This document shows positions 58,866 to 64,000 of a stretch of DNA of 64,000 nucleotides, one piece after another. Source of the DNA: an uncultured delta proteobacterium (GTDB taxonomy: Bacteria; Desulfobacterota; Desulfobacteria; Desulfobacterales; Desulfosalsimonadaceae); contig CAWGYD010000004.1 of the NCBI GenBank assembly GCA_963826785.1, positions 288,001 through 352,000 of the forward strand, written 5' to 3'. Numbering within the stretch: the stretch's first letter is position 1; each line of letters opens with the position of its first letter. A model generated the notes under the pieces. The model was not told the DNA's origin, did not search any database, and saw only the letters and a list, made by a program, of their open reading frames with translations. Both the position numbers and the translations under genes were made by a program.

Positions 58866-61800
58866 TTGAAATCAAGGTGGGAAAACTTGCCGAGATCTTC
58901 GGCGTCCATCGAAATACGGTCAGCAACTGGATCAAGACCGGCGCGCTCCCGGCAGAACCCAGGATGGGAAAGAAATATGCCATCAGACGGGAAAAATTCA
59001 TCCGCTTTTTAGATGAAAAGGGAATTTCCCGGGATATGGCAACCGCCCTGATGGGCGATATCGATGTACGGACCATTCCGGAAGCACCGGAAAAAATTCA
59101 AACCTCCATTATACCAAAAGAGGTGCCCATGTTCGATAAACCAGTCGGATCGGTAATGGTTGTCGGCGGCGGAATCGCGGGTATACAGGCGTCCCTGGAT
59201 CTGGCGGATTCGGGGTATTTTGTCTACCTGCTGGAAAAAAGCCCCGGCATCGGCGGCGGCATGGCCAAACTGGACAAGACATTTCCCACCAATGATTGTG
59301 CCATGTGAATCATCTCGCCAAAATTGGTCGAGTGCGGTCGGCACTTAAACATTGAAATACTGACATTATCCGAAATTTTAGACGTTACCGGGCAGTCCGG
59401 TGCATTTTCCGTCACGGTAAGAAAGAATCCCCGCTACGTCGACATGGACAAATGCATCGCCTGCGGCATCTGCTCCCAGAAATGCCCCAAGAAAGTCGAC
59501 GATGAATTCAACATGGGGATTTCCAAGCGCAAGGCCGCCTACATCCAGTATGGCCAGACCGTTCCCCTGAAATACGTGATCGATCCGGACAACTGCCTCT
59601 ATGTGACCAAGGGGAAATGCCGGGCCTGCGAGAAATTCTGCCCCACCGGCGCCATCAACTTCGACGACCGGGAAAAGATTGAAACCATCAATGTGGGATC
59701 ATTGATCCTCTCCCCCGGTTACACCCCCTTCGACCCGTCCGGTTTGGACTACTACGGGTACGGCAAGATTGCCGACGTGGTCACCAGCCTGGAATACGAG
59801 CGGATGCTGTCCGCCGGCGGGCCCTTCCAGGGGCACCTTGAAAAGCCCTCCGACGGCAGAACGCCGGAAAATATTGCCTGGATCCAGTGCGTGGGATCGA
59901 GAAACACCAACCGGTGCGACAACGGATACTGCTCCAGCGTCTGCTGCATGTATGCCATGAAGCAGGCCCTGATCACCGCCGCCCACCTGCCGGAAGGCGG
60001 AAAACAGAGCATCTTTTTCATGGACATCCGCAGCCACGGCAAGGAGTTCGAACTCTATTACGATTATGCGAAACAAAGCGACGTCCGCTTCATTCGCGCC
60101 CGGCCGCACACCATCGAACCCGGACCGAACAATTCGGGTGTGGTCATGACGTATTTCACCGAAGACGGCCAACAGCTGCGGGAACATTTCGACATGGCCG
60201 TGCTGTCCATCGGCATGGAGGCTTCCAAGGATGCCGGGTCCCTGGCGAAGAAGACCGGAATCGCCCTGACACCCTACAATTTTGCGAAAATGGGCAGCTT
60301 CAACCCCTGTGCCAGCACCCGGGACGGGATTTTCATCGGCGGTGCTTTTGCCGGGCCCATGAATATCCCCACTGCCGTGGCCCAGGCCTCTTCTGCGGCG
60401 GCCGAAGCCTCAAAAGCGCTGGTTCTGGCCAAGAACAGTTTGACGCGGGAGAAGAAATATCCGCCTGAAAAACTGATCGCCGGACAGGAACCCCGCATCG
60501 GGGTGTTTGTCTGCTCCTGCGGAGTTAACATCGCAAGCGTCATCGACGTGGCCTCGGTTGTGGAATTTGCCAAATCGCTGCCCAATGTGGTCTTTGCCCA
60601 GAACAACATGTTCTCCTGTTCGACGGATACCCAGAACATGATGGCCAAAACCATCGAGGAACAGAAACTCAACCGGATCGTGATCGCCGCCTGTTCCCCC
60701 CGGACCCATGAACCCCTTTTCCAGGACACGTTGCGGGAGGTTGGCTTGAACGGCTACCTGGTGGAAATGGCCAACATCCGGAATCAGAATGCCTGGGTGC
60801 ATCACAATGATCCCGAAAAGGCCACGCAGAAGGCCAGAGATCAGGTGCGGATGGCGGTATCCAAGGTGCGCATGGCCTACCCCCTGGAAAGACTCTCGGT
60901 GGACGTCGTACAGAAGGCGCTGGTCATCGGCGGCGGGATGGCGGGCATCAATGCAGCCCTCGGGTTTGCCGGCCAGGGATATGAAACCGTTCTGCTGGAA
61001 AAATCGGATACGCTGGGCGGCAATGCATTAAACATCCATAAGACCGTCAAGGGGGAAGAGGTGCTTCCGGCGCTGCAGGATTTGATTCAACAGGTGGAAA
61101 ACCACGAGAAGATCAAGGTCCTGAAAAATGCCCGGTTGAAGTCCGCGAGCGGCATCGTGGGCAGCTTTTCCAGCGAGGTGGAAAGCAACGGCGACACCCA
61201 CCACATCGATTATGGTGTGGCGATCCTGGCCACGGGCGGCAAAGAATCGGTGCCCACGGAATACCTCTACGGAGAAGACGACCGGGTGATGACCCATCTG
61301 CAGTTCGACAGCGAACTGGCCCACCACGCCGATCGGATCAAAAAGGCCGAAAGTGCCGTTTTTATCCAGTGCGTGGGCTCCCGGGATGAACAGCGCAACT
61401 ACTGCAGCCGGATCTGCTGCACCCACACGGCCAAATCGGCCATCATGCTAAAAGAGCTCAATCCGGACATGAACGTCTATGTCCTGTACCGGGATATGCG
61501 CACCTACGGCACCAAAGAGGATTTCTATACAAAGGCCCGGGAACTGGGGGTGATGTTTATCCGCTATGATCTGGACAACAAGCCGGAGGTCTTCCGGGAG
61601 GGAGATGATCTGCTCCTGCGGGTGACGGACCCCATCGTCCGGCAGCCGGTGCTCATCGATACCGACTACCTGGTGCTGGCGGCGGCGGTGGTGCCCAACG
61701 ATGTCTCCGACCTGGTCGGCCTCTTCAGGTGCGCCACCAACCAGGACGGCTTCCTCAACGAAGCCCATCCCAAGCTGCGGCCCGTGGACATGGCGGTGGA

Positions 61801-62176
61801 CGGACTTTTCGTCGCCGGCCTGGCCACCTATCCCAAAATGATCGAAGGTTCGATCTCCCAGGCCAAGGCCGCGGTTTCCCGGGCCAGTGTGATCCTGTCC
61901 AAAAGCCGGATGTCTCTGGATGCGGTCAAAAGTTTTGTCACCGAGGCATGCGACGGGTGCGCCATATGCCTGGATGTCTGTCCCTATGATGCCATTTCGC
62001 TCAAGGAAGAGTCGGTGAACGGGCATGTGGTAAAGAAGGTCAGCACCGAAGTGGCCCTGTGTAAAGGGTGCGGCATGTGCGAGGCCTCCTGTGCCAAGCA
62101 GGGCATCCAGGTGCACAGCTTTACCGACCAGCAGTTAAGGGCCCAGGTGTATGCCGCTCTGGATCTACCCAATTAA
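58862..62176 (+). CDS. hdrA: Selenocysteine-containing heterodisulfide reductase subunit A-like protein with N-terminal excisionase-type HTH (1104 aa)
   Basis: ORF 58862-59308 and ORF 59324-62176 are in frame across TGA 59306-59308 ([16 protein letters not shown]); GGGIAG FAD site, ferredoxin motifs, two QCVGSR/YCS..CC modules; SECIS-like hairpin 59330-59346. Confidence 0.9.
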
Positions 62177-62201
62177 ACAAGCGCAATAGGAGAAACAAGC
62201 C

Positions 62202-62633
62202 ATGTCCGACAGCTTTGAACCGAAAATCATCGGTTTTCTCTGCAACTGGTGCGCCTATGCCGGCGGCGATCTGGCCGGGATCATGCGCCTCCAGTATCCA
62301 TCCAATCTCCGTGCCATCCGGGTGATGTGCTCCGGCATGGTCCACCCGAACATCGTGGTCGAAGCCCTGTCCAAGGGGGCCGACGGCGTCATGGTCATGG
62401 GGTGACATCTGGGGGAATGCCATTACCTGGAAGGTAATGAAAAAGCCCTGGCCCGCTCCGAGGTCATTAAAATCGTGCTGGAGGATTCGGGCATCGACCC
62501 GCAGCGGTTTGCCATCGAGTGGGTCTCCTCGGCCGAAGCCCCCCGCTTTGCCGAGGTGGTCACCCGGTTTACGGAGAAGATAAAGGCGCTGGGCCCCGCC
62601 ATGGCGCAGCCGGCGCAAGCCGCGGCCAACTGA
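62202..62633 (+). CDS. mvhD: Selenocysteine-containing MvhD/FlpD hydrogenase iron-sulfur subunit (143 aa)
   Basis: FLCNWCAY, RVMCSG and GADGVMVMG-U-HLGECHY (TGA 62403-62405); frame continues through WVSSAE to TGA 62631; hairpin 62421-62439. Confidence 0.92.
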
Positions 62634-62652
62634 TCACATTAAACGATAAGGA

Positions 62653-64000
62653 ATGGGGTCAATGAAACTCGATGAAATCAGACTGGGGAAAACCCGTCAA
62701 AGCATATTCAAGGACAAGGTCAGGTCGCTTCTTCCCGACGGCGGAAATCTCAACCTATGCCTGACCTGCGGCGCCTGTTCGTCGGGGTGCCCGGCATCGG
62801 GGCTTTCCGGGATGGATCCGCGCAAATTTTTGCGCATGGCCGCCATGGGGATGGACGAGCAGATTCTGAGCACGGACTGGGCCTGGCACTGCACCATGTG
62901 CCAGCGCTGCATCTATGTGTGTCCCATGAAGATCGATATCCCCCAGCTGGTCTTTCACGTGCGCAATCACTGGCCGCGGGAGAAACGGCCCAAGGGGATC
63001 ATCGCCTCCTGCGATGCGGCCCTGCGGCACGACACCTGCAGCGCAATGGGGGCCTCCGAGGAGGACTGGCAGTTCGTGGTGGAAGACGTGGCCGACGAGG
63101 TCCGGGACAACCAGAAGGGGTTCGAGGATCTGCAGGCGCCCATGGACAAGAAGGGGGCCGAGTTCTTCCTGAACCAGAATTCGAGGGAGCCGGTCACCGA
63201 GCCCGATGAAATGGTCCCCCTGTGGAAGATCCTGAACATGGCCGGGGCGGACTGGACCTACGGCACCAAGGGGTGGGCCGCTGAAAATTACTGCATGTTC
63301 ATGGCCGACACGGAGAACTGGGAAAAAATTGTCCGCACCAAGGCGAAAGCCGTGGACGACCTGGAGTGTAAGGTCTGGCTCAACACGGAGTGAGGGCACG
63401 AATTCTTCGCAGTCCGGGCCGGACTGAAAAAATTCGACATCCCCCACAAGTTTGAAATCAAGAGCATCATCGAATATTACGCCCGGTGGATCCGGGAGGG
63501 CCGGCTCAAGGTCAGCGCCGACTGGAACAAGGACCTGAAGGTGAAATTCACCGTCCAGGACCCCTGCCAGCTGGTGCGCAAAAGCCTGGGCGACCCCATC
63601 GCCGAAGACCTGCGGTTCGTGGTGAAATCGGTGGTGGGCGAGGAAAATTTCATCGACATGACCCCCAACCGCTCAAACAATTACTGCTGCGGCGGCGGCG
63701 GCGGATTCCTCCAGGCCGGATACCCCGAGGCCCGGCGGCAGTTCGGACGGTACAAGTTCGACCAGATCAAGTCCACCGGCGCCGACTACTGCATCACCCC
63801 GTGCCACAACTGCCACGCCCAGATCCATGATTTGAGCGAACATTTCGCGGGCGGCTATTTCACCGTCCATCTCTGGACCCTGATCTGCCTGTCCATGGGT
63901 GTCCTGGGGGAAAACGAACGGGCCTATCTGGGGCCGGATCTGGCCGGAATCGGCTTATCGGCGATAGGAGGAAGGTTATGGAAACTTTTTTCGACCTGGT
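62653..64000 (+). CDS. Selenocysteine-containing HdrD/GlpC-like Fe-S oxidoreductase (2x[4Fe-4S] plus CCG domains); no in-frame stop before window end
   Basis: CLTCGACSSGCP, CTMCQRCIYVCP and NTE-U-GH (TGA 63391-63393); frame continues through QDPCQ, YCCGGGGG and PCHNC; hairpin 63410-63426. Confidence 0.88.

Noticed and set aside
59308..59324. hdrA, mvhD and hdrD-like genes as nonsense pseudogenes
   Set aside because: All three stops are TGA at Cys-equivalent positions with downstream hairpins; selenocysteine is a better explanation
1..64000. tRNA, rRNA or prophage structural genes
   Set aside because: None recognised; a tRNAscan/Infernal run would be needed to exclude them formally

Overview
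GC-rich chromosomal segment, most likely from a sulfate-reducing or syntrophic Desulfobacterota organism (inferred from the IspH-UbiA fusion, CooT and the Hdr/Mvh genes). Most of the window is housekeeping or metabolic: ispH-ubiA, plsY, EndoQ-UvrD, an rdgC-like pair, mntP, a thiolase, purN, agcS, a Gld-like ABC operon, mazG, lipB/lipA and a TPP enzyme. Two regions stand out. (1) At 34.2-38.0 kb there is a decayed integron: an IntI C-terminal remnant co-oriented with attC-like sites and an AT-rich cassette gene. It has been invaded by a MITE, an inverted-repeat-flanked RAYT/Y1 transposase and an IS1111-type IS110 element. That IS has 11-bp subterminal IRs and a downstream non-coding region containing short matches to both its reconstructed target and its circle junction (seek/bridge RNA candidate). 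(2) At 58.2-64.0 kb there is an operon of hydrogenase maturation protease, HdrA, MvhD and an HdrD-like protein. The last three each carry an in-frame TGA at a conserved Cys position followed by a SECIS-like hairpin. HdrA is fused in frame to an N-terminal excisionase/BldC-like HTH, and the operon promoter carries 9-bp-periodic TGCACA direct repeats, suggesting a self-regulating electron-bifurcating selenoenzyme. Five single-base frameshifts in four otherwise intact genes look like assembly errors. Several REP/MITE-like repeat families are scattered through the intergenic DNA. All family assignments come from motif recognition by eye; no database searches were run.
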